A stretch of DNA of 64,000 nucleotides. Origin: Candidatus Tectimicrobiota bacterium (GTDB taxonomy: Bacteria; JACPUC01). This document shows positions 37,809 to 47,825 of the stretch, in pieces (the first letter of the stretch is position 1; every line of letters starts with the position of its first letter). The stretch covers positions 186,001 through 250,000 of the forward strand of contig JACPUC010000001.1 in assembly GCA_016192455.1 (NCBI GenBank). The letters run 5' to 3'. A program made the position numbers and the translations under genes. Under the pieces are notes generated by a model that did no database searches, was not told the DNA's origin, and was given only the letters and a program-made list of their open reading frames with translations.

Positions 37809-40800
37809 ATGGGCCTCTACGTTGGCATCGATACCGGCGGCACGTTCACCGATTTCGTGGTGCTGGACGAGTCCGGCGCCGGGCAGGTGTTCAAGATTCA
37901 CAGCATCCCCGACAACCCCGCCCAGGCGGTGCTCGAGGGGCTGCGCCAGTTGGCCGTGCGGCGCGGCGCGACGCCGCGGGACTTCCTGGCCGCCGTTCAC
38001 CACCTCTTCCTCAGCACCACCATCAGCACCAACGCCGTCATCACCGGCGGCGGCGCGCGGGTGGGGCTGCTGACCACGAAGGGGTTCCGCGACCTCCTGG
38101 AGATGCGCCGCGGCTCGCGCGACAGCCTCTACGACAACAAGACGCCGCCGCCCCCGCCGCTGGTCCCCCGTTGCCTGCGCCTGCCGGTGGAGGAGCGCAT
38201 GGCAGACGACGGCAGCGTCGTCCTGCCCTTGCAACGTGAGGACGTGGCGCAGGCGGTGGCGACCCTCCAGCACGAAGCCGTGGAGGCCGTCGCCGTCGCC
38301 TACTTGCACTCCTACTGCAACCCGGCCCACGAGCGCGAAACCCTCACCCTCCTCGCCGAGCTCTGGCCCGAGGTGTTCGTTACGGCGTCGAGCGAGGTGG
38401 CGCCGGCCATCGGCATCTACGAGCGCACCTCGACGACGGTGCTGAACGCCTACTGCGGGCCGCTCGTCAAGGCGTTCCTCGCCGGCCTCGAGCTGACGCT
38501 GCGGGAGAACGGCTTCCAGGGACAGGCCTTCATCATGCAGTCGAACGGCGGCATGATCTCACCCACCCAGGCGGCCGCGTTCCCCGTGCGCACCGTCCTC
38601 TCCGGCCCTGCCGCGGGCGCCATGGCCGGCTGCGCCTGGTCGGCCAGGTTGGGGATGCGCAACTGCATCACCCTCGACATGGGGGGTACGAGCACGGACG
38701 TCTGCCTCATCGAGGAGGGCGATCCCCTGGTGACGACCGAGGCGGCGATCGGGCCGGGGCGCTACCGGTCGATTTTGCCGAGCCTCGATATCAAGACCAT
38801 CGGCGCCGGCGGCGGCAGCATCGCCTGGCTGGACGGCGGCAAGCTGCTGCATGTGGGGCCGCAGAGCGCCGGCGCCGTGCCGGGTCCCGTCTGCTACGGT
38901 CTGGGAGGCAGCCAGCCGACGGTGACCGACGCCAACCTCGTCCTCGGCTTCCTCAGCCCGGAGCACTTCTTCGGCGGCTCCCTGCGCCTTGATCGGCAGG
39001 CGGCGCGGCGGGCCATCGAGGAACAGATCGCGGCGCCCCTCGGCCTGGACGTGGAGACGGCGGCCTTCGGCATCACCACCCTGGCGAACACGAACATGGC
39101 CACGGCGGTCCGCGAGGTGTCGCTGGATCGCGGCTACGACCCGCGCGACTTCGCCCTCATCGTGGGCGGCGGCGCGGGGCCGCTGCACGCCTGCGCGGTG
39201 GCGAGCGAGATCGGCATCGAGACGGTGATCGTGCCGCGCGACGCCTCCGCCTTCAGCGCCCACGGCCTGCTGGCCACCGACCTGCGACACGACTTCGTGG
39301 CCACCTTCACGGGGCTGCTGGAACCGGCCAACGCCGCACCCCTCGCAGCGCTCTTCCGCGACCTCGAGCAGCGGGCGCGCACCGAGCTGCTGCGCGAGGG
39401 GGTGCCCGAGAGCGCGCTGCGCTTCACCCCCTTCCTCGACCTGCGCTACAAAGGGCAGTACCACGAAATCTGCATCCCCCTCGCGGCGGCGGACGTGGGC
39501 GCGGGGGACTTCGCCGGCACCCGAGCCACCTTCCATGCCCGCCACGACCAGCTTTACGGCTACGCCGTGAAGGAGGACCCGATCGAGGTGGTGAACCTGC
39601 GGCTTGCCGCGGTGGGCAAGCTCTCGCAGCCGGCCTGGCGCGACGAGCCGCGCCAGGGCGCCTCGGCCGAGGCGCGCCCCGGTCGCGGCGCCCGCGTCTA
39701 CCTCGGCGCCCAGGCGGGGTTCCGCACCGTCCCGGCGTACGAGGGCGAGGCGCTTGCCGCCGGCTTCAGCACGGCGGGACCGGCGTTGATCTACCACCCG
39801 TACACGACCATCCTCGTGCCCCCTGCCTTCACGGTGACCCTGGAGCCGCACGGCAACTACCGGCTGACGCGCCGGCAGGGCGCGGCGGAGCCGTCGCGCG
39901 CTCGCCAGGCTACGCGACAGACCACCGCGGCGGCCGCGGCGGCGGGCATCGACCCGATCCTCACGTCGGTCATCGGCAAGAACCTGGAGAGCATCGCCCA
40001 CGAGATGGGCATCGCCATGACGCGCACCACCAGCTCGCCCTTCTTCCAGGTGAAGGACATGTGCACCGCCATCCTCGACGAGCGCGGCCGCATCCTCTGC
40101 CAGAAGGAGTACCTCCCCCTCATGGCCTACACCTTCCCGACGATGCTCGAGGCGCTCCTGGAGTTCTTCGGGGAGGAGGTGGGGCCGGGCGACGTCTTCA
40201 TCACCAACGATGTCTTTTACGGCGGCAACCAGCTCCAGGATTTGGCTTTCTTCAAGCCCGTCTTCCTGGAAGGGGAGTTGCTCTTCTGGACGGCCACGAA
40301 GGGGCACCAGGTTGACTTGGGCGGGCCGATCCTCGGCGGCTACAATCCGCGGGCGCGCGAGGTCTGGCAGGAGACCCTGCGCATTCCGCCGCTGAAGGTC
40401 TACGAGCGCGGCGTGCTGCGCCGGGACGTGTGGAACTTCCTGATGGAGAACACCCGCCTGCCGCGCTTGGTGGGGCGCGATTTTCAGGCCATGATCGGCG
40501 GTTGCATCGTGGGGGAGCGGCGCCTCCACGTCCTGCTCGAGCGCTACGGCAAGGCCCGCCTGCGGGCCCACGTCGAAGCGCTCCTCGACTCCTCGGAGAC
40601 GATGACACGGGCCGCGATCGAGCGCCTGGCGGACGGCGTCTACCGCGCCGACGCCTCGACGCAGGACGACGGCCAGGACAAGGAGGCGGTCTACACCGCG
40701 CGCCTAGCGGCAATGGTCGACGGCAGCTCGATCACCTTCGACTTCAGCGGCAGCGACCCGCAGGCCCCCGGCTGGATCAACGGCGTCTATGCCACCTCCC

Positions 40801-41669
40801 TGTCGGCCACGGTCTCGACCTTCTTCATGTGCGTCGATCCGCTTATCCCGCGCAACGAGGGTTCCCTGCGGCCGGTGCGGGTGCGCGTCCCCGAGGGGAG
40901 CTTCCTGAACGCCCGCTACCCCGCCGCCACGGTGCGGGGGAACTTCACCTGCAACGACGTCATCGGCGACTGTGTCATGAAAGCACTGGCGCAGATGATG
41001 CCGGAGCGCGTCACCGCCTGCTGGGCGAGGTCGCTCACCTGCTCGATCGGCGGCCTGAACCCGCGCTCGCGGGAGACCTACTACGACGTCATGTTCATGT
41101 CCTACTGCGGCGGCGGCGGGGCCACGGAGGGCGCCGACGGCTGGAGCTACATCGGCATGCTCACCCTCGGCGGCGGTTTGACGGTGCAGGACCTCGAAAT
41201 CCATGAGCGCAGCCGGCCGCACGTCTTCCACGAGCTCGAGTACTGGCCCGACTCCGGCGGCGCCGGCTGCTGGCGCGGCGGGCTCGGGGCCCGCAGCCGC
41301 TTCACGGTGTCGGCGCCCAACCCCGAGATCATCATGCGCGGCGATACGGTGAACCAGTCCGACGGCCTGTTTGGGGGGCATGCCGGCAAGGCAGGGGAGT
41401 GCCGCATGGGGGATGCGTCGGGGGAGCTGGTCGCGGTGCCGGTGAACGAGCGGTACAACCCCAAGAGCGGCGTGCAGATCGAGTTTCGGTCTCCCGGCGG
41501 CGGCGGCTTCGGCGAGCCGCTGCGGCGCGATGCCGCCCTGGTTGCCGAGGACGTGCGCCACGGCTACGTCAGCCGGAGGGCGGCATTGGAGCTCTATGGC
41601 GTCGAGCTTCACACCGACGGCGGGCTGGATGTTGAAGCCACCGAACGCCGCCGCCAGGCAAGGAGATGA
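37809..41669 (+). CDS. Fused hydantoinase A/B (5-oxoprolinase-like)
   Basis: A-domain motifs GIDTGGTFTD and DMGGTSTD followed by B-domain motifs GHQVDLGG and GGGGFGEP in one 1286-aa ORF. Confidence 0.93.
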   Translation: MGLYVGIDTGGTFTDFVVLDESGAGQVFKIHSIPDNPAQAVLEGLRQLAVRRGATPRDFLAAVHHLFLSTTISTNAVITGGGARVGLLTTKGFRDLLEMRRGSRDSLYDNKTPPPPPLVPRCLRLPVEERMADDGSVVLPLQREDVAQAVATLQHEAVEAVAVAYLHSYCNPAHERETLTLLAELWPEVFVTASSEVAPAIGIYERTSTTVLNAYCGPLVKAFLAGLELTLRENGFQGQAFIMQSNGGMISPTQAAAFPVRTVLSGPAAGAMAGCAWSARLGMRNCITLDMGGTSTDVCLIEEGDPLVTTEAAIGPGRYRSILPSLDIKTIGAGGGSIAWLDGGKLLHVGPQSAGAVPGPVCYGLGGSQPTVTDANLVLGFLSPEHFFGGSLRLDRQAARRAIEEQIAAPLGLDVETAAFGITTLANTNMATAVREVSLDRGYDPRDFALIVGGGAGPLHACAVASEIGIETVIVPRDASAFSAHGLLATDLRHDFVATFTGLLEPANAAPLAALFRDLEQRARTELLREGVPESALRFTPFLDLRYKGQYHEICIPLAAADVGAGDFAGTRATFHARHDQLYGYAVKEDPIEVVNLRLAAVGKLSQPAWRDEPRQGASAEARPGRGARVYLGAQAGFRTVPAYEGEALAAGFSTAGPALIYHPYTTILVPPAFTVTLEPHGNYRLTRRQGAAEPSRARQATRQTTAAAAAAGIDPILTSVIGKNLESIAHEMGIAMTRTTSSPFFQVKDMCTAILDERGRILCQKEYLPLMAYTFPTMLEALLEFFGEEVGPGDVFITNDVFYGGNQLQDLAFFKPVFLEGELLFWTATKGHQVDLGGPILGGYNPRAREVWQETLRIPPLKVYERGVLRRDVWNFLMENTRLPRLVGRDFQAMIGGCIVGERRLHVLLERYGKARLRAHVEALLDSSETMTRAAIERLADGVYRADASTQDDGQDKEAVYTARLAAMVDGSSITFDFSGSDPQAPGWINGVYATSLSATVSTFFMCVDPLIPRNEGSLRPVRVRVPEGSFLNARYPAATVRGNFTCNDVIGDCVMKALAQMMPERVTACWARSLTCSIGGLNPRSRETYYDVMFMSYCGGGGATEGADGWSYIGMLTLGGGLTVQDLEIHERSRPHVFHELEYWPDSGGAGCWRGGLGARSRFTVSAPNPEIIMRGDTVNQSDGLFGGHAGKAGECRMGDASGELVAVPVNERYNPKSGVQIEFRSPGGGGFGEPLRRDAALVAEDVRHGYVSRRAALELYGVELHTDGGLDVEATERRRQARR

Positions 41670-41731
41670 GGTCTCCCGCGCCCGCCGCGGCATCAAGAGC
41701 GGCACGGGGCGGCGCGAGGCGCCAGCCAGTA

Positions 41732-41761
41732 TTGCGAGAGCACGGCCGAGCCTGGTATCAT
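41732..41761 (+). promoter_or_regulatory. Putative sigma70 promoter for the slt operon
   Basis: TTGCGA-N18-TATCAT with a TGn extension. Confidence 0.45.
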
Positions 41762-41965
41762 ACGGGCCACCTCGCCGGAGCCGTCCGGCATGAGGGGGCG
41801 TTCCGCGCCGGAAGGAGAATCCTCGACCTTTCGCCAACGTTCATGGACCCCACTCTTTTCCCTACGCGCGGGGCAGGCTCGCCTCGGCATCACCTTCCGA
41901 GTAGGCAAAGCACCGATCTCGGCGATCCGGCACCGCGCCTGCACGCCGGCGCCCGCGGCGCCCGG

Positions 41966-44278
41966 ATGTCGCGCGCGCCCGTCCTGGCCATCCTGTGCCT
42001 GAGTCTCCTCCTGCTGCTGCCGAGCGCGCGGCTCGCCGCTTTGCCGCCGTTCCTCGCGCAAGCCCTCGATGGGCTGGCCTCTCCGCAGGAGGGCGCGGCG
42101 GAGGACCCTCGCATCCGCGAGGAGTTCCTGGCCCTTGCCCAGGGCATCCCGTGGGGACGCGACAGCGCGGTCGAGGGGAAGCTGCGCGACTTCCGTCGGC
42201 GCCTGCGCGGCACCATCTGGGAGCACCGCGCCGCCTATCTCCTCGGACGCATCGCCTTCCAGCAGGAGCGTTTCCCGGAGAGCATCGCCTACTTCGCCCG
42301 CGTCGCCCGCCAGTCGACGCTGCTCACCGACTACGCGGAATACACTATCGCCCGCGCCTTCGCGCGGCAGGGCCTCTTCGAGCCGGCGATCCGCCACCTC
42401 CTCGGGCTGCGCCGGCGCTTCCCCGATTCCCGCCTGCAGGCGCGGGTGCTCTTCAGCCTCGGCGAGGCCTTTGCCGCCGCCGGCGCCCGGGACCGCAGCG
42501 TGGCCGCCTTCGAGCAGGTGAGCCGCGAATTCCCCGCGAGCGACCAGACGCCGCTTGCCCTGCAGCGCCTTGCCGCCATCTACCTCGAACGCGGCGCGAC
42601 GCGCCGTGGGGCCCAGCGCCTGCTGCGGCTCTACCTCGAGTTCCCGCTGCACGGCGGGGATGAGAGCGCGCTCGAGCGCCTGCGGGAGCTCGACGCGGGG
42701 CTTGGCGAGAAGCTCCTTCCCCTGCCGCTGAGCGCTTTGCTCCAGCGCGTCGAGCGCCTTGAGGGCAAGGATGCCTGGCCGGCGGCCGCCGCGGCCTGGC
42801 GGGCGATCCTGGCCCGCGCGGAGGAAGAGGCGCTGCGGGCCCGCGCCTCGTACCGCTCCGCGGTGGCCGCCAAGAACAGCGGCCAGACGCGTCCGGCGCA
42901 GGAGGCGCTCGAAGGCTTCCTGGAACGCTGGCCGCGGCATCCCCAGGCTCCGGAAGCCACCTACCTCCTGGCCCAGCTCCTCTGGAGGCGTCCCACGCGC
43001 CAGCAGGCCCACCAGCTCTTCCGGCGCCTGGAGCGGCAGTACCCCACCGACCCCTGGGCAGCCCGCGCGCTCTTCGCGCTTGGCCAGATGGCGGAGTCGG
43101 GGCGTCAACCGCGCGCGGCGATCGTCGCCTACCAGGAGATCCTCGATCGCTTCCCTCGCGGCCCGGACCGCGACCGCGCCGCCTGGCGCATCGGCTGGCT
43201 CCACTATCGCGACGGCCGCGTGCAGGAGGCCGCCAGGGTTCTCGCCAAGCAGATGGCGGAGGGAGGGACCAGCCAGTGGGATGCGGCCGCCGCCTACTGG
43301 CTGGGACGGACCTACGAGCGCCTGGGCCGACGCGGCGAGGCGGTGGCGGCGTATCGCCAGCTTCTCGAGCGGCAGCCCCTCTCTTACTATGCGCGGACCG
43401 CCACCTTGCGGCTGAGCTCGCCGCAGCTCCGCGGCGCGGCGCCGCAGGCCGTCCTCAACCATGCGGCCGACAGCGAGGTCCTCGCCCCGCGGCAGTTCCT
43501 CTCCGAGACGCCGTTCCAGGAGTCGAGCCTGGCCTTCACCAACCTGCCGACCCCCGACACGCTGCGGCGCTCGATCCGCCTGGCCCGGGAGCTGGCGCTC
43601 CTGCAGCTCCCCTTCGACGCGCGCGCCGAGGTGGACCACCTCGCCACGATGCTCGGCGCCGATCCCGCGCAGCGCTTCCTCCTTGGGCTCCTGCTCTACG
43701 AGGCCGGGGCGACGCTCGAGGCGTTCGGGGTCTACGCCTCGGTGCGCGAGCGCCTCGGCGAACCCGCCCGTCGCGCCCTGCCGCGGGAGTTTTGGGAGGC
43801 CTACTTCCCCGCCACCTACCGCGCCGAAGCGGCACAGGCGGGAGGGCCGTGGAACCTCGACGATCTCCTGCTGCTGAGCCTCATCCGGCAGGAGAGCGCC
43901 TTCGATGCCCAGGCGCGCTCGCAGGCCGGCGCCATCGGCCTCATGCAGCTCCTGCCGAGCACGGGGCGGACGCTGCAGCCGCGCCGCGAGGGGCCGCTGG
44001 CGGCGGACGACCTCTACGATCCGGCGCTGAACATCCGCCTGGGGACGGAGTACCTCGGCCGCCTGCTGCGGCAGTTCGGGAACCGTCTGCCCCTGGCGCT
44101 GGCGGCCTACAACGCCGGTCCGCGCACCGTGCAGCGCTGGCTCGCCGAGCTTGGCGCGCTGCCGATGGAAGAGTTCATCGAGAGCATCCCGTACCGCGAG
44201 ACGCAAACCTACGTGAAACAGGTCTTGCGCAACTACTCTATCTATCAACGTCTCTATGGCCGGGGTGCGCCATCGTGA
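41966..44278 (+). CDS. slt: Soluble lytic transglycosylase (Slt70-like) with TPR repeats
   Basis: Signal peptide, TPR-like repeats, IRQES, GLMQL, AYNAG, ETQTYV. Confidence 0.9.
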   Translation: MSRAPVLAILCLSLLLLLPSARLAALPPFLAQALDGLASPQEGAAEDPRIREEFLALAQGIPWGRDSAVEGKLRDFRRRLRGTIWEHRAAYLLGRIAFQQERFPESIAYFARVARQSTLLTDYAEYTIARAFARQGLFEPAIRHLLGLRRRFPDSRLQARVLFSLGEAFAAAGARDRSVAAFEQVSREFPASDQTPLALQRLAAIYLERGATRRGAQRLLRLYLEFPLHGGDESALERLRELDAGLGEKLLPLPLSALLQRVERLEGKDAWPAAAAAWRAILARAEEEALRARASYRSAVAAKNSGQTRPAQEALEGFLERWPRHPQAPEATYLLAQLLWRRPTRQQAHQLFRRLERQYPTDPWAARALFALGQMAESGRQPRAAIVAYQEILDRFPRGPDRDRAAWRIGWLHYRDGRVQEAARVLAKQMAEGGTSQWDAAAAYWLGRTYERLGRRGEAVAAYRQLLERQPLSYYARTATLRLSSPQLRGAAPQAVLNHAADSEVLAPRQFLSETPFQESSLAFTNLPTPDTLRRSIRLARELALLQLPFDARAEVDHLATMLGADPAQRFLLGLLLYEAGATLEAFGVYASVRERLGEPARRALPREFWEAYFPATYRAEAAQAGGPWNLDDLLLLSLIRQESAFDAQARSQAGAIGLMQLLPSTGRTLQPRREGPLAADDLYDPALNIRLGTEYLGRLLRQFGNRLPLALAAYNAGPRTVQRWLAELGALPMEEFIESIPYRETQTYVKQVLRNYSIYQRLYGRGAPS

Positions 44279-44295
44279 CGCAGGAGACGCGCGGC

Positions 44296-45912
44296 ATGAC
44301 GGACGCGGCGGAGTGCCTCATCCACGGCGCGCTGCTCATCGATGGGAGCGGCGCCGAGCCCCGGCGCGGCGATCTGGCCGTGCGCGGCGATCGCATCATG
44401 GCGCTTGGCAACCTCGACGGCATCGCGGCGGCCCGGCACATCGACGCCGAGGGGCTCTGCCTGGCGCCGGGATTCATCGACATCCATTCGCACTCCGACT
44501 ACTACTTGGTGATCAACCCCGACGCCTCGAGCAAGCTGCTCCAGGGGGTGACGACGGAGGTGGGGGGCAACTGCGGCTACGCCGCGGCGCCGGTGTGGGG
44601 CGCGGCGCGCGACGAGCGGCGCGACCTCTACCGCGAGCAGTTCGGCATTGATGCGGCGTGGGACGACCTGGCGAGCTACGGGCGCCACCTCGAGCGCCTC
44701 GGCATCGCCCTCAACTACGCGCCCCTCATCGGGCACAATACCATCCGCGCCTCGGCGATGGGGATGGATGACCGCTCGCCCAGCGCGGCGGAGATGGCGT
44801 CGATGCGGCACGCCGTCGCCCGCGCCATGGAGTGCGGCGCCTTTGGCCTGTCCACCGGCTTCGTCTACGCGCCGGCCTGCTTTGCGTCGGCGGAGGAGTT
44901 CATCGACCTGGCCAGGATCGTCCGCTCCCACGGCGGCATCATCACCAGCCACATCCGCAGCGAAGGGGACGGCCTCATCGAGGCGATCGAGGAGATTCTC
45001 CACATTGCTCGGGCTGCCGCGGCGCCGGTGCAGATTTCGCACCTGAAGACCTTCGGCGCCGCCAACTGGGGGAAGCTCGACGCGGTCTTCGCGCGCCTCG
45101 AGGCGGCGCAGGCCGAGGGGATCGAGGTGCACTGCGACCGCTACCCCTACCTCGCCGCCAACACTGGGCTGAGCGCGGTGCTGCCCCGCTGGGCGCTCGC
45201 CGGCGGCGTGGACGAGCAGGTGCGCCGCTGCTCGCAGGAGGAGCCCCGGCAGGCCCTGAAGGAGGCCGTCCAGGCGGAGCACCCCGACGCCGCGTACTGG
45301 GAGAAAGTGGTCATCTCGGAGGTGACGCAGGAGCGCAACCGCGAGCTGGAGGGGCTGAGCATCACGGCCTGCGCCGAGCGGCGCGGCCGCGGCCCGATCG
45401 ACCTCGTGCTCGACCTCCTTGCCGACGAGCGGATGAATGTGGCGATCCTCCTCTTCACGATGAACGAGGCGAACCTGCGGCGCATTCTGCGGAAGCCGTA
45501 CGTCATGATCGGTTCCGACGCCGGCTGCCGCTCGCACGTCGGGCCGCTGGCGCGCGGCAAGCCGCACCCGCGAGGCTTCGGCACCTTTGCCCGCGTCCTT
45601 GGACAGCTCTGCCGCGATGAAGGGCTCTTCGAGCTGGCCACCGGCGTCTTCAAGATGACCGGCGCCCCGGCGCGCAAGCTTGGGTTGCGGCGGCGCGGCC
45701 TTCTGCGCCAGGGGTTCTCTGCCGACCTCGTGCTGTTCGACCCCGCCACCATCGCCGACGAGGCGACGTACGAGGAGCCCCTGCGCTACCCGCGCGGCAT
45801 TCAGGCGGTCTTCGTGAATGGAACCCTGAGTGTCTGGGAGGGACACCACCTCGGCAGCCGTGCCGGGCGGTTCTTACGGAAGGACGGAGAATGCGGCCCC
45901 GCATTGGGTTAA
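44296..45912 (+). CDS. N-acyl-D-amino-acid deacylase (D-aminoacylase)
   Basis: PGFIDIHSHSD, GNCG, SHIRSE, ISHLK, GSD, PHPRGFGTF; AGGAG RBS. Confidence 0.9.
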   Translation: MTDAAECLIHGALLIDGSGAEPRRGDLAVRGDRIMALGNLDGIAAARHIDAEGLCLAPGFIDIHSHSDYYLVINPDASSKLLQGVTTEVGGNCGYAAAPVWGAARDERRDLYREQFGIDAAWDDLASYGRHLERLGIALNYAPLIGHNTIRASAMGMDDRSPSAAEMASMRHAVARAMECGAFGLSTGFVYAPACFASAEEFIDLARIVRSHGGIITSHIRSEGDGLIEAIEEILHIARAAAAPVQISHLKTFGAANWGKLDAVFARLEAAQAEGIEVHCDRYPYLAANTGLSAVLPRWALAGGVDEQVRRCSQEEPRQALKEAVQAEHPDAAYWEKVVISEVTQERNRELEGLSITACAERRGRGPIDLVLDLLADERMNVAILLFTMNEANLRRILRKPYVMIGSDAGCRSHVGPLARGKPHPRGFGTFARVLGQLCRDEGLFELATGVFKMTGAPARKLGLRRRGLLRQGFSADLVLFDPATIADEATYEEPLRYPRGIQAVFVNGTLSVWEGHHLGSRAGRFLRKDGECGPALG

Positions 45913-46640
45913 CGAGCGACTACGACCTTTTCTGGTACAAGACGCCCGACCCGGGCGAACAGCCCCGGCACTATCTGAAGGAAGCGTACAGCCACGCCAT
46001 CGAGGCGGCCGGCGGCGCGCCCTGGATCATCCCCGCCACGCTCGCCCCCGAGCTGGCGGCAGGGTACGTGGCGCAGCTCGATGGCCTCGTCCTCACCGGG
46101 TCCGGCTCGGACATCGAGCCCGAGCGGTACGGCGAAGAGCCCCTGCCGCAGTTCGGCTACTTCATCCCCAGCAAGGCGGAGTTCGAGGTTGCCCTCATCG
46201 CGGCGGCGCTCGAGCGCGATCTCCCTCTCCTCGGCATCTGCGGTGGGCTGCAGGTCCTCAACGTGGCCGGCGGCGGTTCCCTCTACCAGGACATCGGCGC
46301 GCAGCTCCCGGGAGCCCTCAAGCACCGGCAGGAGACCCCCTCGCGGTACTCATCGCATCGCGTCAAGGTGGAGCCAGGCACGCGTCTCGCCAAGATCGTC
46401 GGCGCCGATCGGTTGCGGGTCAATAGTACGCACCACCAGGCGGCGAAGGAGGTGGCCGACGGATTCATAGTGTGCGCCCGGGCCGATGACGGGGTGATCG
46501 AGGCAATCGAGCACGCCGAGCGCCCCTTCGTCCTGGCCGTGCAATGGCATCCGGAGATCCTTGCCGTCCACCATGATCCTTACGCGCAGAAGCTCTTCGC
46601 CGCCTTCGTGAGCGCCGCGCAAAGCAGCGCGCAGAGCTGA
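45891..46640 (+). CDS. Gamma-glutamyl hydrolase, peptidase C26 (PuuD-like)
   Basis: LGICGGLQ nucleophile, VNSTHHQ, VQWHPE. Confidence 0.9.
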   Translation: MRPRIGLTSDYDLFWYKTPDPGEQPRHYLKEAYSHAIEAAGGAPWIIPATLAPELAAGYVAQLDGLVLTGSGSDIEPERYGEEPLPQFGYFIPSKAEFEVALIAAALERDLPLLGICGGLQVLNVAGGGSLYQDIGAQLPGALKHRQETPSRYSSHRVKVEPGTRLAKIVGADRLRVNSTHHQAAKEVADGFIVCARADDGVIEAIEHAERPFVLAVQWHPEILAVHHDPYAQKLFAAFVSAAQSSAQS

Positions 46641-46661
46641 TCACCGGGCTGCCGGCGGGGC

Positions 46662-47528
46662 TCACGCCGCCGCGCCGCTGGCTTTCTCCCCCGGCTCCTC
46701 CGGCCAGTCGCCGCGAAACACCTCCACCGCCGGCCCGGTCATGGTGAGCGTGTCATCCTCGTCCCAGGCGAGGCGCAGATCACCCCCCAGCAGCTTCACG
46801 GTGATGCGGCGCTCGGTGCGGCCCGTCAAGGCCGACGCGACGCACACCGCTGTGGCGCCCGTACCACAGGCCAGGGTCTCGCCGCTGCCGCGCTCCCAGG
46901 TGCGTTGACGGACCGTGCGGCGATCGAGCACCTGGACGAACTCGACGTTGATCCGCTCCGGGAAGGCGGGGTGGTGCTCGATCCGTGGTCCGACCTGCGC
47001 CACCGGGAAGGTCGCGGTGTCGTCCACGAAGACGACGCAGTGCGGGTTGCCGACGGAGACGCAGGTGACGTGCATCTCCTGGCCGTTCATCGGCAGCGGA
47101 TAGTCCACGATGCGTTCCCCTGAAAGCCGCACCGGGATTCGCGCCGGCTCCAGGATCGGCCGTCCCATGCCGACGCTCACCGCGCGCGTCAGCCCAGCCG
47201 ACACCTCCAGGCGCAGCTCCTTGATGCCGGCGCCGGTCTCCAGGCGCAGGCGCTCGCCGGCGTGGTAGCCCTCATCGTGCAGGTACTTGGCGACGCAGCG
47301 GACGCCGTTGCCGCAGAGCTGGGCCTCGCTGCCGTCGGCGTTGAACATGCGCATGCGGAAATCAGCCTGGCTCGAGGGCAGGATGAGGATGAGGCCGTCG
47401 CCGCCGACGCCGAAGTGGCGATCGCTGATGCGCCGGGCCAGCCCGGGGGGGTCCTTGGGGATGGGCTGCGTCAGGCAGTCGAGGTAGATGTAGTCGTTGC
47501 CGATGCCGTGCATCTTGATGAAGCGCAT
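46662..47528 (-). CDS. dapF: Diaminopimelate epimerase
   Basis: KMHGIGND, NADGSEAQLCGNG, GNPH, ERGSGETLACGTG. Confidence 0.96.
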   Translation of the reverse strand: MRFIKMHGIGNDYIYLDCLTQPIPKDPPGLARRISDRHFGVGGDGLILILPSSQADFRMRMFNADGSEAQLCGNGVRCVAKYLHDEGYHAGERLRLETGAGIKELRLEVSAGLTRAVSVGMGRPILEPARIPVRLSGERIVDYPLPMNGQEMHVTCVSVGNPHCVVFVDDTATFPVAQVGPRIEHHPAFPERINVEFVQVLDRRTVRQRTWERGSGETLACGTGATAVCVASALTGRTERRITVKLLGGDLRLAWDEDDTLTMTGPAVEVFRGDWPEEPGEKASGAAA

Positions 47529-47825
47529 ACCTGGCTCCTTGCGGCAAGCGTCGCAGGGTCTCGCCGAGGGGATGTAGCACGGCGGACTGGGAAAGGCAAT
47601 GCGGCGCGAAGCTTGGTGGGGTGGAAGGGGCGAAGATGCGGCGGCGGGGAGCGAAAAGTCGCAGCGAAAAGCGCAGCCCCTCAACCTGGGTCGAGGGGCT
47701 GTGGTTGTCCCACCATCCTGGTTGCCGGTCTTGCGGCGGGGAGGCGGGGCGCCTCCCCGTGCCCGGCGTCAGCTCTCATCACCTCGGCGACTCTGCGGCT
47801 GGCGGCGCGGGCGTCGGTGATCCGC

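Noticed and set aside
43276-44295. Apparent 340-aa N-terminal extension of the D-aminoacylase
   Set aside because: Out-of-frame overlap with slt; the real start has an RBS at 44296
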